DNA of 64,000 nucleotides, from assembly GCA_951406725.2 (NCBI GenBank), contig OX597832.1, forward strand, positions 51,026,001-51,090,000. The letters run 5' to 3'. Position 1 is the stretch's first letter, and the number at the start of each line of letters is the position of its first letter. The stretch is from Octopus vulgaris. Taxonomy: Eukaryota. This document shows, one piece after another, positions 25,619 through 38,833 of this stretch. A program made the position numbers and the translations under genes. Below the pieces are notes generated by a model. The model saw nothing but the letters and a program-made list of their open reading frames with translations, had not been told where the DNA came from and ran no database searches.

Positions 25619-26347
25619 GAGTGAGAGAGCAGCATATGCCATCAAAATGATGCTGGGTTACAAATATATGAAGCTCAATATAACCATCATGTCTACTCTC
25701 CTGAAAGGACCACTGATGAGGTCACAGAAGTGTGATGAAAGAACTCTGGCCGAAATATTATAGCCTCAGCTTGACCAAAGCCTTGTGAGTGAATTTTATA
25801 GACAGAAACTGAAAGAAGCCCATTGTATATGTATATATGTATTTATGTGTGTGTGTCTGTGTCTGTTCCCCTGCCATAGCTTGACAAGCGATGCTGGTGT
25901 GTTTATGTCCCTGTAACTTAGCGGTTCGGCAAAAGAAACCAATAGAATATGTACTAAGCTTACAACAAATAAGTCCTGATGTTGATTTCTTCAACTGAAA
26001 CCCTTTAAGGCAGTGCTCCAGTATGACCACAGTCACACGGCTGAAACAAGTAAAAGAGTAAACGTACTTGGAACACCCAATGTGAGGTTCCAAGCAACCA
26101 CAATGTTGAAACATATGTAGGAACTATTAATGGTTTCAAGTATCATCACAAGGCCAGCAATTTTGGGGAGGGGGATAGATAAGTTGATTACATCGATCCC
26201 AGTGCTCAGCTGGTACTAATGGTATCAGCCCTGATAGGATAAAAGGCAAAGTTGACCTCAGTGGAATTTGAACTCGGAAAGTAAAGAGAGATGAAATGCC
26301 ACTAAGCAATTTGCCTGGCAATCTAACAGTTCTGCCAGCCCGCTGCC

Positions 26348-26577
26348 TTAACCCTTTTGATTCCAACACAGCTGAAACTGGTTCTTGCTCTGTAGTACAA
26401 ATGCCTTGTTTTCAAAAGTTCTGAATTAAAATTTTCCACCAAACCATAGTCACAATTTATGTTCTTAACACTGGCTTAATGATAACTAAGTTATTTTACT
26501 AAATTCTTTGTTATATTTAAAATTAATTGAAAGAAACACAGAGCATCTCAAAATAAATACGGTAACAAAAGGGTTAA
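26348..26577. mobile_element. piggyBac-like MITE (other copies ~43702-44372 and ~60989-61440)
   Basis: TTAA-CCCTTTTG...CAAAAGGG-TTAA; the other copies are interrupted by a LINE fragment and a SINE respectively. Confidence 0.65.
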
Positions 26578-27086
26578 TGTAGGAACTAATAACATAAACT
26601 TGTATCTATCTTGATTTCTCGTGTGTGTGTGTACCCTAGTCTAGATATCACATAATGGTTGCAAACGAGTATCATCAACATACAAGTGATGTTATTGATG
26701 GAATTTTATTAAAGCAAGTATGTGTTTTTGCATATATCCTATTTCAAATTTTCAAATCAGTATTGTTGTGATTAACCCTTGGTCAGCCCTGCATAAATAC
26801 TGACCAATGATAGGAAGGTATTCCAGCTATTTCTTAAGGCACCATACCTCCAGGACATTACAGGACATTAATGAATACTTCCATCTTTTTGTAAAACAGT
26901 AGAATGTGATTTGAGAGTGAATATATGCTGCTATTTCTAGCAAGCTGGTCAACCACATAGAGGCTCTGTTGTTCGGTTGCTTACTTAGGCCAGTTAGTCG
27001 TATGTGTTTCAGGTAAAATAAACCATTGGCCAGTTTGTAAATATGTGATTAAACCAATCAAAACATCTATGATTTTCTTTAAACAG

Positions 27087-27221
27087 GTTCAACCACCACC
27101 AGATGCTGGAGCATTCAAACCAAGAATCCTAAAAACAACTGCCTTCCGTCGATTTTATGAGAGGGGAGACTTCCCTATAGCTCTAGAATTTGATACGAAA
27201 GGAAACAAGATTGCATGGAAG
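27087..27221 (+). CDS. PACRG: PACRG (parkin co-regulated) exon, 135 nt, phase 0-0
   Basis: aaacag|GTT...AAG|gtaac; [45 protein letters not shown]. Confidence 0.96.
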
Positions 27222-28190
27222 GTAACGTTTTAAATATATATCTTTGTGTGTGTGTGTGTGTATTGTGTCAGATCACTTGTAAGGTAAGTGCCACTGATAA
27301 TATGGAATCCAGTACAACTTGTTGGATATTATTTAGCTGGCAGAGACGTTAGCACGCCAGGCGGAATGCTTAGCGGTATTTCGTCTATCGCTATGTTCTG
27401 AGTTCATATTCTGTCGAGGTCAACTTTGCGTTTCATCCTTTCGGGGTCGATTAAATAAGTACCAGTTACGCACTAGGGTCGATGTAATCGACTTAATCCG
27501 TTTGTCTGTCCTTGTTTGTCCTCTCTGTGTTTAGCCCCTTGTTGGTAGCAAAGAAATAAGAAACGTTAGCATGCCGGGTAAAGTGCTTAGCGATATTTCG
27601 TCTGCCGCTACATTCTGAGTTCAAATTCCGCCAAGGTTAACTTTGCCTTTCATCCTTTCGGGGTCGATTAAATAAGTACCAGATACACACTGGGGTCAAT
27701 GTAATCGACTTAATCAGTTTGTCTGTTCTTGTTTGTCCCCTCTGTGTTTAGCCCCTTGTGGGTAGTAAAGAAATAAGATATTATTTAAATACATAACATC
27801 TTTGTGTGTGTGTGTGTACATATATATATATATATATGTATATATCATTGCTATTATGAAAAAGTGTTTAAGTCCAAAACGTTGCTTTTTCAGAAAATGA
27901 AAAAATAGTTTCCCCATTCCGTTTCTTTTTACATTAGTATCAGTTTCAGCTTAACAATAATACTTTATTCTGTGCATAAGATCGTAACTCCATGCATGTA
28001 TGATATTTTCTGTCAGAAATATTTTTGCAAAACTGTCGCATGTAGGACCTACTGCACTACTACTGAAAAATGCTAAACTGATGTACTACACCTTGTAGCA
28101 GAAGAATCCCCCAAATCTTACTATATTCAACTAATTAGCCCAAAGTTGCTAACGAACACACTTCAGTCCTTGGCTCACAGACATCCTTTT

Positions 28191-28603
28191 TCTTTTCCTT
28201 TTGATAGCCAGATTTCAACACAATTTCTAGTTAACTAAACCCTTTAAAACTTCGTATACTGGTAGAATGTGTCAAAAGAAAACATTATTTTCACTTTGCG
28301 TTCTTGAGAAAATTGTAATTTGTTCGTTTAACGTAGTTTAATTTTTTGAACGCTACATTACGAACAAAACGGATGTTGTCTCAGTTTTTAGACGCCACAT
28401 ATGATTTCAGCTCAAAAGAGAGCATAGGATTGGTTAAAATTTGAAAAATTAAACTATGTTAAACGAACAAATTACAATTTTCTCAAGAAAGCCAAGAGAA
28501 AATAATGTTTTCTTTTGACACATTCTACCAGTATACGAAGTTTTTAAAGTGTTTAGTTAACTAGAAATTGTGTTGAAATCTGGCTATCAAAAGGAAAAGA
28601 TCC
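28191..28603. mobile_element. Related long-TIR MITE
   Basis: TCTTTTCCTTTTGATAGCCAG...CTGGCTATCAAAAGGAAAAGATCC with ~150-bp inverted arms sharing the CTTCGTATACTGGTAGAATGTG block. Confidence 0.85.
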
Positions 28604-29931
28604 CTTTTTTCTTCACTCTACTTTCTCTAACAATATCACAATAACCTCCGAAGGTAGCAAGCTGGAAGAATCGTTAACACACCAGGCAAAATAGGGAAGT
28701 AATTAGGTGTAGCCATTTGGATGCTAATGGTTTGGCATGGCTGACTGGACTCAAGCTGTTTTGGCACTGGGGGCCTTAACATTCACACTAGTAAATGGTT
28801 GTGATGCATGTACTTGGGGTACGCTTATCATATGCGTAGTCATGATGGGTATATTGGGCTTTCTATATTTGTACCTCTGCGTCACTTTGATTGTGTGTGT
28901 TGCTCTCACACATACATATATTATGCACACCAGGCAAAATGCTTAGCGGCATTTCATCCATTTGGATGAAGGCGGTGAGTTGGCAGAATCGTTAGCACGC
29001 CGGGCAAAATGCTTAGCGGTATTTCGGCTGCTGTTACGTTGTGAGTTCAAATTCCGCCGAGGTCGACTTTGCCTTTCATCCTTTCGGAGCCCATAAATTA
29101 AGTACCAGTTACGCACTGGGGTCGATGTAATCGACTTAATACCTATGTCTGTCCATGTTTGTCCCCTCTATGTTTAGCCCCTTGTGGGTAATAAAGAAAT
29201 AGGCATTTCATCCATTTTTACATTCTGAGTTCAAATTCCACCGAGGTCAACTTTGCCTTTTATCCTTTTAAGGATTATTTATCATTTATCATCTGTCTTC
29301 CATTCTGATATGAGTTCGATAGTTTAACAGAATTATCATCATCATCATCATCATTTAACATCCGTCTTCCATGCTGGCATGCGTCGGACAGCTTGACAGG
29401 AGCTGGCAAGCCAGAGGACTGCACCAAGCTCCACTGTCTCTTTTGCCATTGTTTTTACAGCTGGATACCCTTCCTAACGCCAGCCATTTTACAGAGTGGA
29501 CTGTAACACCAGCAACCAAATAGGTGGCACCAAAGTGGCTGTACCAAAATGCCTCATACCCAATTTACACTGATATTGATACTTTTAGTTGTTGGTAATC
29601 AGTATATTTTTAGCAGTCAATTTCTCATGCCGGTGGCACATAAAAAGCACCATCCGATCGTGGCCGTTTGCCAGCCTCGTCTGGCACCTGTGCTGGTGGC
29701 ACGTAAAAAGCACCCACTACACTCATGGAGTGGTTGGCGTTAGGAAGGGCATCCAGCTGTAGAAACACTGCCAGATCAGACTGGAGCCTGGTGCAGCCTT
29801 CTGGCTTCCCAGACCCCAGTTGAACCGTCCAACCCATGCTGGCATGGAAAGCGGACGTTAAACGATGATGATGATGATGATGATTTTTTAGAGTAGAGGT
29901 TATTTTAAAATTTTATTTTCCTTTCTTGCAG

Positions 29932-30103
29932 ATTGAAATTGAAAAAATGGATTATCATCACTTTTTACCACTGTTCTTTGAAGGCTTACGAGAAAACCAG
30001 CACCCATATGAATTCTTTGCTCGCCAGGGTATACATGACATGTTAGAACATGGAGGAAATAAAATTTTGCCTTGCATTCCTCAACTTATTATTCCAATTA
30101 AAG
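29932..30103 (+). CDS. PACRG: PACRG exon, 172 nt, phase 0-1
   Basis: ttgcag|ATT...AAAG|gtgaat; [57 protein letters not shown]. Confidence 0.96.
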
Positions 30104-31943
30104 GTGAATTCTTAAACTTACCTAAGTTCTTTGCATTCAGTTAAAATGGTACTTGATTTGGTTTCTCTTTTTTTATAAACTATTTGTGCTAAATGATTTG
30201 TCAAATGTTGTGTATAGTTTTTTAGCCTGTGTTACTAAATTATATAAAAAATATCATCATCATCATCATCATCATCGTTTAGCGTCCGTTTTCCATGCTA
30301 GCATGGGTTGGACAGGTCAACTGGGGTCTGTGAAGCTGGAAGGCTTCGTCAGGCCCAGTCAGATCTAGCAGTGTTTCTACGGCTGGATGCCCTTCCTAAC
30401 GCCAACCACTCCGCGAGTGTAGTGGGTGTTTTTTACGTGCCACCTGCACAGGTGCCAGACAGAGCTGGCGAATGGCCACGAACGGATGGTGCTTTTACGT
30501 GTCACCGGCACGGGGCCAGCCGAGGCTGGCAACGGACGCGAACGGATGGTGCTTTTACGTGCCACCGACACGGTTGCCAGACAGAGCTGGCAAACGGCCA
30601 CGAGCGGACGGTGCTTTTACGTGTCACCGGCACGGGGGCCAGCCGAGGCTGGCAACGGACACGAACGGATGGTGCTTTTACGTGCCACCGACACGGGGCC
30701 TGACAGAGCTGGCAAACAGTGAAATTATTGTATACAGTGCTCAGGTGCACCACAACTTGTCAGAAAGTGCGTATAAAGTATATGCAGTAATGTACAAATG
30801 TCTGGAAAACGAACAATGTATGAGTCAGATACATGCTTGTGTGTCTATGGAGGGGAGAAAATCAGGTGTAGTGTTGGTGAATCTCAGAAAGCATGGAAGT
30901 TTTGAAGGATGCAATGCGCTGACAACTAACAACTGGTGCCGGCAGTTTGTTCCATGCTTCAGCAACTCTCAGCGTGAAAAAATGCTTCCGAAAGTCATGG
31001 GAGCTGTGCTGTTTTCTGGCTTTGTAAATATGTCCACGAGTGTTAGACGGGTGGAGTTTGAAAAGGTGCTCAGAGTTATTGTTTGTAATATATATTCATT
31101 CATCTACAGTCTAATGACAGAGACAAATAGAAGGGAAAACAAGATATCATCAACGCCATATCTATTTATTCATATACGTATATATACATACCTGCACACA
31201 AGCAAGTATACTAAAATCCCAACACTTAGAATATTTGTAAAAAAAAAAAAAAATGGGAGGGTGTGACTTTGGAGTAAATTTGGCTGCTATTTCTAGCGGA
31301 TCGTATGATCATGTCGAGCAGAGGTTCTCAACCAGACTCTATATGACCTTTGTGGGTGGGGATTCCATATAAGATTTTGTTGTTAAAATCTATGTATAAT
31401 AATAAATTGATATTACTTCTACAATACACAAAACATTTTAACAATACTTTTTATATAGTTCGTCTCTTTTACTCTTTACCCTTTTACTTGTTTCAGTCAT
31501 TTGACTGTGGCCATGCTGGAGCACTGCCTTTAGTCGAGCAAATTGACCCCAGGATTTGTTCTTTGTAAGCCTAGTACTTATTCTATCGGTCTCTTTTGCC
31601 GAACCGCTAAGTTACGGGGATGTAAACACACCACCATCGGTCATCAAGCGATGTTGGGGGGACAAACACAGAGACATAAACATATACACATATACATATA
31701 TATATACATATATACAACGGGCTCCCTTCAGTTTCCACCTACCAAATCCACTCACAAGGCTTTGGTCAGCCTGAGGCTACAGTAGAAGACACTTGCCCAA
31801 GGTGCCATGCAGTGGGAACGAACCCAGAACCATGTGGTTGGGAAGCAAGCTACTTACCACACAGCCACTCCTGCGCCTATAATATTAATATTCAATTATA
31901 TAAATACGATATTTAATTGCTACTATCTTCTTTTCTCTTGTAG

Positions 31944-32093
31944 AGGCTCTGAATACAAGAAGTTTGCCTATAGTATGTACAACGTTGAAGGTCCTGCAGC
32001 ATTTGGTTGTATCAGCTGAATTAGTTGGTGAAGCGCTTGTACCGTATTATAGACAGATTCTACCAATATTCAACATCTTCAAAAACAAGAACT
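31944..32093 (+). CDS. PACRG: PACRG exon, 150 nt, phase 1-1
   Basis: ttgtag|AG...AACT|gtaag; (E)[49 protein letters not shown]; not in the ORF track in this frame. Confidence 0.95.
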
Positions 32094-32752
32094 GTAAGCT
32101 TCTTATATGTTTCTTCCCATAGCTGCCTGCAGGCAACTTTTTTCTGTCTTATAAGGCTAAATACTCAATCTTTCTGCTGTTTCACAACTTCACTGCATTT
32201 AAAGTTTACTCTCTTGTCTGTAAAATACCAAACACATTCGACACTTCCAAAGTTTATTCTTTTACTTGTTTCAGTCATTTGACTGCGGCCAAGCTGGAGC
32301 ACCACCTTTAATCGAGCAACTCGACCCCGGCACTTATTCTTTTGTAAGCCCAGTACTTATTCTATCGGTCTCTTTTGCCGAACCACTAAGTAACGGGGAC
32401 ATAAACACACCAGCATCGGTTGTCAAGCAATGCTAGGGGGACAAACACATACACACATATATATATATACAATATATACTACGGGCTTCTTTCAGTTTCC
32501 TTCTACCAAATCCATTCACAAGGCTTTGGTCAGCCTGAGGCTATAGTTGAAGACACTTGCGCAAGGTGCCACGCAGTGGGACTGAACCCTGAACCATGTG
32601 GTTGGTAAACAAGCTACTTACCACACAGCCACTCCTGCGCCTATAAAAAAAAAAAAAATGTCTAAATATTGCTTTAAATAGTCATGTGCCTTCATTACAA
32701 ACAATTTATCGTTTTTTAACCAAATGTTGTTTCGTCCTTTGTTATTTTTTAG

Positions 32753-32913
32753 TAAACATCGGTGATGAAATAGATTACAGCCAACAGAAACGAATGAATG
32801 TTGGAGACTTGATTCAGGAAACTTTAGAGCTCTTTGAACGCCATGGTGGAGAAGACGCTTTCATCAACATCAAGTACATGATACCAACATATGAATCCTG
32901 TCTTATGAACTAA
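32753..32913 (+). CDS. PACRG: PACRG last coding exon
   Basis: ttttag|TA AAC...; (L)[52 protein letters not shown], the canonical PACRG C-terminus. Confidence 0.96.
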
Positions 32914-33674
32914 TTCTTGTTTCAGTCTTTAACCTTGGTGGATGGAGAGTTTTCTCAAATCAGGATTCATAACATAATTTGCTCATTTGGATGATATAAA
33001 AGATGTCTAATTTTCCTGATATATATATATATTCATATATATTCTTTATCTCTTCATTACTCAATGCTCTGTGGAATCTTCTACTACTACCACTATTCTA
33101 CTATTACAATTGTTATGATTAATGATTATATTATTTACAAGATTATTTTAACAAAAATTAAAGATTTTAAACCTAGTTTCTTTTTTTTTTATTTCTTTCC
33201 TTTGTATTTTTCATCTGTTTTTCCTTCATTTATTTTTCCGATTAACTTTGCTTCGAACAATTACATCACGGAAGAAAACCATTTTAACCAACAAGCGCAT
33301 ACACCTCCCATACACGTGCACACATACATATACATGATGAGCTTCTTTCAGTTTCCATCTTCCAAATCCACTTACAAGAGCAATTAGAAAATACCCAAAG
33401 TGCTACACAGTGGGACTGAACCTGAAACTATTTGGCTGGGACACAAGCTTCTTAACCACACAACCAAGCCCTACACTTACATACCTCAAAAACTAAATAA
33501 AAAAAGTAAAAGAATGTCTAAAGCAACACAAAAATACCAAAACTCCTAAAATCCAAAATGTATTCTCCAAGAAGAAGACATGAGAATTATTATGAAAATA
33601 ATTTATTATATCAATGAAAATAAAGATATATATATATATAAAAAAGACATTATTTTCATATCAATGAAATTATT

Positions 33675-33797
33675 TCAGTATCTGTTCCTTGATTTTAGAG
33701 GAAATTTGAAATGTTTGTTCCCAATTTGGCAATGTATTTCTGTAATGGAGATGACAAAACTGTTGATATGTTCAGAAAGGTAATCGTCCAGGTGATT
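33675..33797 (-). CDS. USB1: USB1 exon 7 (last)
   Basis: Long polypyrimidine tract and AAG acceptor; NHLDDYLSEHINSFVISITEIHCQIGNKHFKFPLKSRNRY* (compare ..C.sGNK.F..PL). The seven exons sum to 840 nt, in frame. Confidence 0.9.
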   Translation of the reverse strand, partial: NHLDDYLSEHINSFVISITEIHCQIGNKHFKFPLKSRNRY

Positions 33798-34094
33798 CTT
33801 GAAAAAAGAAAGAGAAAGAAAAAGGAAAATTAATTTTGATTGTTTATTAATATAAGTTTATTAGGGATGACCTATAAGGGGGCAAGCTGGCAAAATCGTT
33901 ACCCACGCTGGAGAGAATGCTTAGCTATACTTCATCCAACTTTACGTTCTGAGTTCAAATGCTGCTAGGGTTGACATTGTCTTTCATCCTTTTGGGGTTG
34001 ATAAAATAAGTACCAGTCAACTACTGGGGTTGATGTAATCAACTTATCCCCTCCCCAGAAATTGCTGGCCTTGTGCCAAAATTTGAAAGCATTG

Positions 34095-34372
34095 GCAACA
34101 CATAAAAGTGACCACGCAGTGTCACATAAAAGTGCCCATGTAGTTCCACATAAAAGTGCCTGTGCAGTGCCACATAAAAGCGTCCACGCAGTGTCACATA
34201 AAAGTTCCCATACAGTGCCGCATAAAAGTGCCTGAGCAGTGCAAAATAAAAGTGCCCATGCAGTGCCACATAAAAGTGTCCATGTAGTGCCACATAAACG
34301 TGCCCATGCAGTGCCACATAAAAGTTCCCATATAGTGCCACATAAAAGTACCTGTGTAACGCCATGTAAAAG
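34095..34372. repeat. ~22-nt minisatellite (CAGTGCCACATAAAAGTGCCCATG) at a family C SINE end
   Basis: About a dozen degenerate head-to-tail units. Confidence 0.9.
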
Positions 34373-35515
34373 CACCCAGCACACTCTGTAAAGTGGTTGG
34401 CATTATGAAGGGCATCCAGCTGTAGAAACCATGCCAAATCAGACTGGAGTCTGGTGCAGCACCCCAGGTTGCCAGCTCTGATCAAACCATCCAACCCATG
34501 CCAGCATGGATAATGGACGTTAAATGATGATGATGACCCACCCTTCCCAATTCTTTGGATTCTTTCCTATATTCTTCACCTTGTATCTTAAGAGTATGCT
34601 CTGACCCCTCATCACTACCATCATTGTCTTCTTTCCAATTACTCTCATCCACCCTCATAATATGGGGGAGCCATGAATCTCCTCTTATAGCAAGACCTAT
34701 GAGCTCTATCATATTTAACCTCTCAACACCTAGCATGATGTCACTGCTCTCTTCACTAAAAAAACCTATTAAATGGTGGGTCTTTTCTCTGTCTCACAAG
34801 TTACTTGGTAACTGTACTAGTGCCAGCAACACAAACAGAGTACCGAGTGTTAAGAAGAGCAGCTAGCTATAGAAAGTATGCCAGTACAGACATTGGTGCT
34901 CAGTGCAGTCCTCTAGCTTGTTAGAACCTGTCAAACCATCCAACCCCATGCCAGCATGAAAGACAATCATTAAATTATGACAATGATGATGATGAAGTCA
35001 TATAAAGTTATGTAAGACAATCACTTTAACTCTCAAAGCAAAAATGCTGCTATATTTTGTAGTGTAAACATAAACCTTATTACATAAATAAGTACTGGCA
35101 TGACAGTGTTGGTTGATGATTGCATTTTGCAACAAAATAATTTTGGGTTCAAATCTCACTGATTGTGCAGCACTTTGGAGAAGTGTTGCCTACCATGGTT
35201 TTGAATCAACCAAAGCCTTGTGGATGAAATTTGGAGACAGTGAGGAAAATTGTCAGAGAGAGAGAGTGCTTTAAAGGAGATTTATTTGGCTGCTAGGAAT
35301 AGTAACCAAATCTCCCTCAAATCAGATACTATCAAGATGCATTAGATAAAGTAGTCCTACACAGCCTAAAACAATGGAATGATCACAGCTAGAATGTCTT
35401 TGATCATAGATTTGTTTAACTAAGGCTGACTTTGAGTAAAACACGAAATCAAAAATCTATGGCAAGAATAAAACTCTATAACAATAGCATAGTAATATTC
35501 TGATATGAAAATTAC

Positions 35516-35599
35516 CTGTAAATTCTGCATGGTTTCTTCTGGTATGGCATTTATAACATCCCCTAAAGACCAGGCAATACTCACATGGAAGGATGGGTC
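35516..35599 (-). CDS. USB1: USB1 exon 6, 84 nt (second catalytic HxS motif)
   Basis: ttttag|GAC...CAG|gtaat; DPSFHVSIAWSLGDVINAIPEETMQNLQ. Confidence 0.94.
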
Positions 35600-35721
35600 C
35601 TAAAAATACAAGATATTTGAATTTATTTATTCATAAAAATCTATAACTGAGACTTTTGAACATTTCTAACAATGGAATAAACTTCAATAATAAGCTTTAC
35701 AGCTCCGAAGCTGCAAAATAA

Positions 35722-35958
35722 ACCTTATCAGACTATTAAATATTACCACACTAAACATTATCAGATCATTAAACATTGGCATACTAAACATTATTAGGCC
35801 ATTAAAACATTCTCATACTAAACATTATCAGCCCATTAAAACATTCCCATACTAAACATAATTAGACGATTAAACATTATGAGCCCATTAAAACATTCCC
35901 ATACTAAACATAATCAGACCATTAAACATTACCAGCCCATTAAAATATGCCCATACTT
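35722..35958. repeat. ~30-nt AT-rich minisatellite in USB1 intron 5
   Basis: Repeated ccattaaaacattcccatactaaacattatcag. Confidence 0.85.
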
Positions 35959-36855
35959 TTAAACAGTTCCAGCAAAAAGAAAAATGCAGAGGTTTAATCA
36001 CATCTGTAAAATGACTGGATCATTTGCAAAAAGAATCATATTTGGGAAAACAGAAGAGGAGAGGCCAACCAAAGAGAGACTGGTTCAATGATAGAGTGAT
36101 GCAGATGAGAATGAAAACATCAGAAGGCATAAAGAAAACTGAAGACTGAGGGGAGTAGAAAATATTAATAACAAAAATTGAAGCACCCTCGATGACAGAA
36201 ATGATATGGGATTGATTTGACTTGAATTGAAACATTAGCAGAACTATATCCTTCAGGATATGTATCAGATATATGCGTATATCGCTTTATCTTGACATTG
36301 CGTGTTAAATGTAAAGCAAGTGTCACCATTACAGAAGCATTGAACTCCATTTCCAATCTTTTATGAAAGCGTGTCCAGCCACAGAGAAATATTACCTTGC
36401 TTGGACAACAGGAAGGGCATCCCAAGCATGGAAAGTAGACATTGAGAAGGCGGTGGTGGCAGCAGAGATGGTGGTGATGTACTTTAATACAAGACTAACT
36501 TAATTTTAAATTGTGGCAGCTTAGATAACTTGTTTCTTTTAGCCACATAACAATGAATAATAGATATTTATTTTTATAAATGAAAAAGAACATTCGAGCA
36601 AGGTCATTGCCAGTGCTGCTGGACTGGCTCCTGTACAAGTGGCACATAAAAAGCACCATTTGAGCGTGGCCGTTCCCAGTACTGCCTGACTGGCCCTCGT
36701 GCCAGTGACACATAAAAGCACCAACTACACTCTCGTGGATGGTGTTAGGAAGGGCATCCAGCTGTAGAAACTCTGCCAGATCAGATTGGAGTCTGGTTCG
36801 CCAGACCTCAGTCAAATCATCCAACCCATGCTAGCATGGAAAGCGGATGTTAAAC

Positions 36856-36887
<32 letters not shown>

Positions 36888-36937
36888 CGATTAAGTTTAT
36901 TTCACTTTTCTTAAAAGATGAAAACAATTTGACTTAC

Positions 36938-37043
36938 TGAATAAAATGGAGGTAGATTAAAATCTTTAAATGCTTTGTCCACATAGGTTGTGTAGTCAAA
37001 TAACGTATCTGTTGAACTGGTCACTTGCAAAGAAAGAAAGGTT
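36938..37043 (-). CDS. USB1: USB1 exon 5, 106 nt
   Basis: ttacag|A ACC...TCA|gtaagt; TFLSLQVTSSTDTLFDYTTYVDKAFKDFNLPPFYS. Confidence 0.92.
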
Positions 37044-37399
37044 CTGTAAAAGAATAATAGTAGCAATAGTAAAAAAACAGAACCAATCAATCATATCAGT
37101 TTCTAGACCCACAAACACACCAAAAATATCTAACCACAGTCAATAAAGGAGTCTTTATGTGGTTACCTGAGCTTCTAGACATGGCTGTCAAATCTCTCCT
37201 AAATCACATCCTACGAGCTTAAAAAAAAAAAGGACGTAATTAATCGCATTGTCCCCAATATACATTGTCTTAATAATAAAAAAAAAAAAGGGGGGAAAAA
37301 AATCTTCTGACTGCTGTCACGGACTGAAGGTTTTCAATTCTGGTTCACTGCATAAAGGATAACCTGAGATCCAACAAAAACAATAACAGCGATAATAGC

Positions 37400-37793
37400 G
37401 GATCTTTTCGGTTTGAACGGCAGTTTTTAAAAATAATTTCCACGTAACTAAACACTTTTAAACTTCGTATACTGGTAGAATGTGTTTATAAAATATCTTT
37501 TCTCTTGGCTTTATTGAGAAAATTCTATAGTTTGTATAGTTTTCTGCAATTTCAACCAATCAATGACGTCTATTGAGGTGAAAACATTCTGTGCCGTATG
37601 AATATGTCCCTCGTTTAAGAAACAGATTGGGTTTATTTACATTTCTGAAGTAAAAAAGATACCCTTCCCCCCACCCCTAATCCTAACCCTAAAACAGATT
37701 GAAATGCAATAGATCGATACTAGGGTCATAATTATGGGTGACAATTTTATATGACACCGCTAGAAAAAACTGCCGTTCAAACCGAAAAGATCC
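37400..37793. mobile_element. MITE (GGATCTTTTCGG family)
   Basis: TIRs with 8-bp TSD ATAATAGC. Confidence 0.92.
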
Positions 37794-38747
37794 ATAATAG
37801 CTTTTCTACGTTTAAATTGCATTGGATTACTTTGTATGCCACCAGGACAGAACTCAAATTTCGATCTGCTAGAAATAGCAGTAAGTTTTTTTTCCTCACA
37901 TCACACTCTACCGTTTTAAAAAGCGAGAAGATTGAATGATATAGTCCTGGATATAAATAAATTTGGGAAAATTATAGAGTGGTCGCGGCTGGCATGTCTT
38001 AGATCTGCTCAAGGAAGATAATAAAAGACGAACCAACAGCCAAGTCCCATCAAAGTTAGGAAACACAAGGGAGACAACTCCGTCGAACATAACCCCTATA
38101 TCATTAAATTTGTTTTTTGTATTTGTTTTGCAAGATCCTTAATGTGGAATCGTGTGTTGATGCGGATATAGTATCTAGTGTGTGGTGTGGGGAGGTATCA
38201 TTTTGTCAATAAGAAAGATTCTATTTCACTTCATTTTCCTTCCAGTGAGAGATAAGGATTTCACTTCATTTATTTGTCAACCAGTTAACCAAATAACTAA
38301 TCGGGTTTTTTTTTTATATAATCGTTCGATTAATGCACCAATCAGCTGGCTTGTAAGAATCTTTTCGTAACTATTCACGATCTCACCAAATAACATGCCC
38401 TCATTACTCCAGACATATCTCCTTGCCATATTCTCTTTAAGCTTTCTTTTAGGCTTAAATTCTCCAAATTCTTCCATTTGAGAAAATTCAAAATATTCAT
38501 AGTTGTCTCCCTTGAAATTTCTTTTTAACTTTTCTCCTTGCTGTGATTTAGTCATTATCATCATCATCATCGTTTTACGTCCGCTTTCCATGCTAGCATG
38601 GGTTGGACGATTTGACTGAGGGCTGACGAACCAGATGGCTGCACCAGGCTCCAATCTTGATCTGACAGAGTTTCTACTACTTCAGATATGTAAATACTCT
38701 AAATGTTTCCAAGGGTTCTCATTCAAATAAAACCAAAAGCAACTTAC

Positions 38748-38801
38748 CGAGTATTTTCGTCATTGGTGTAAAGTTTTATGGCACAAAACCCACACGATGT
38801 A
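38748..38801 (-). CDS. USB1: USB1 exon 4, 54 nt
   Basis: ctttag|T ACA...ACT CG|gtaagt; (S)TSCGFCAIKLYTNDENT(R), compare YTNQEKTR in vertebrate USB1. Confidence 0.9.
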
Positions 38802-38833
38802 CTAAAGGAAAAAGAAATAACAAATATTTTATC

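Noticed and set aside
30472-31266. 264-aa ORF
   Set aside because: Chimera of SINE tandem units and the antisense strand of a CR1-like fragment within a PACRG intron.
34095-34372. Regular ~22-nt repeats resembling a CRISPR array
   Set aside because: Head-to-tail degenerate units with no unique spacers, no cas genes, and a eukaryotic context.
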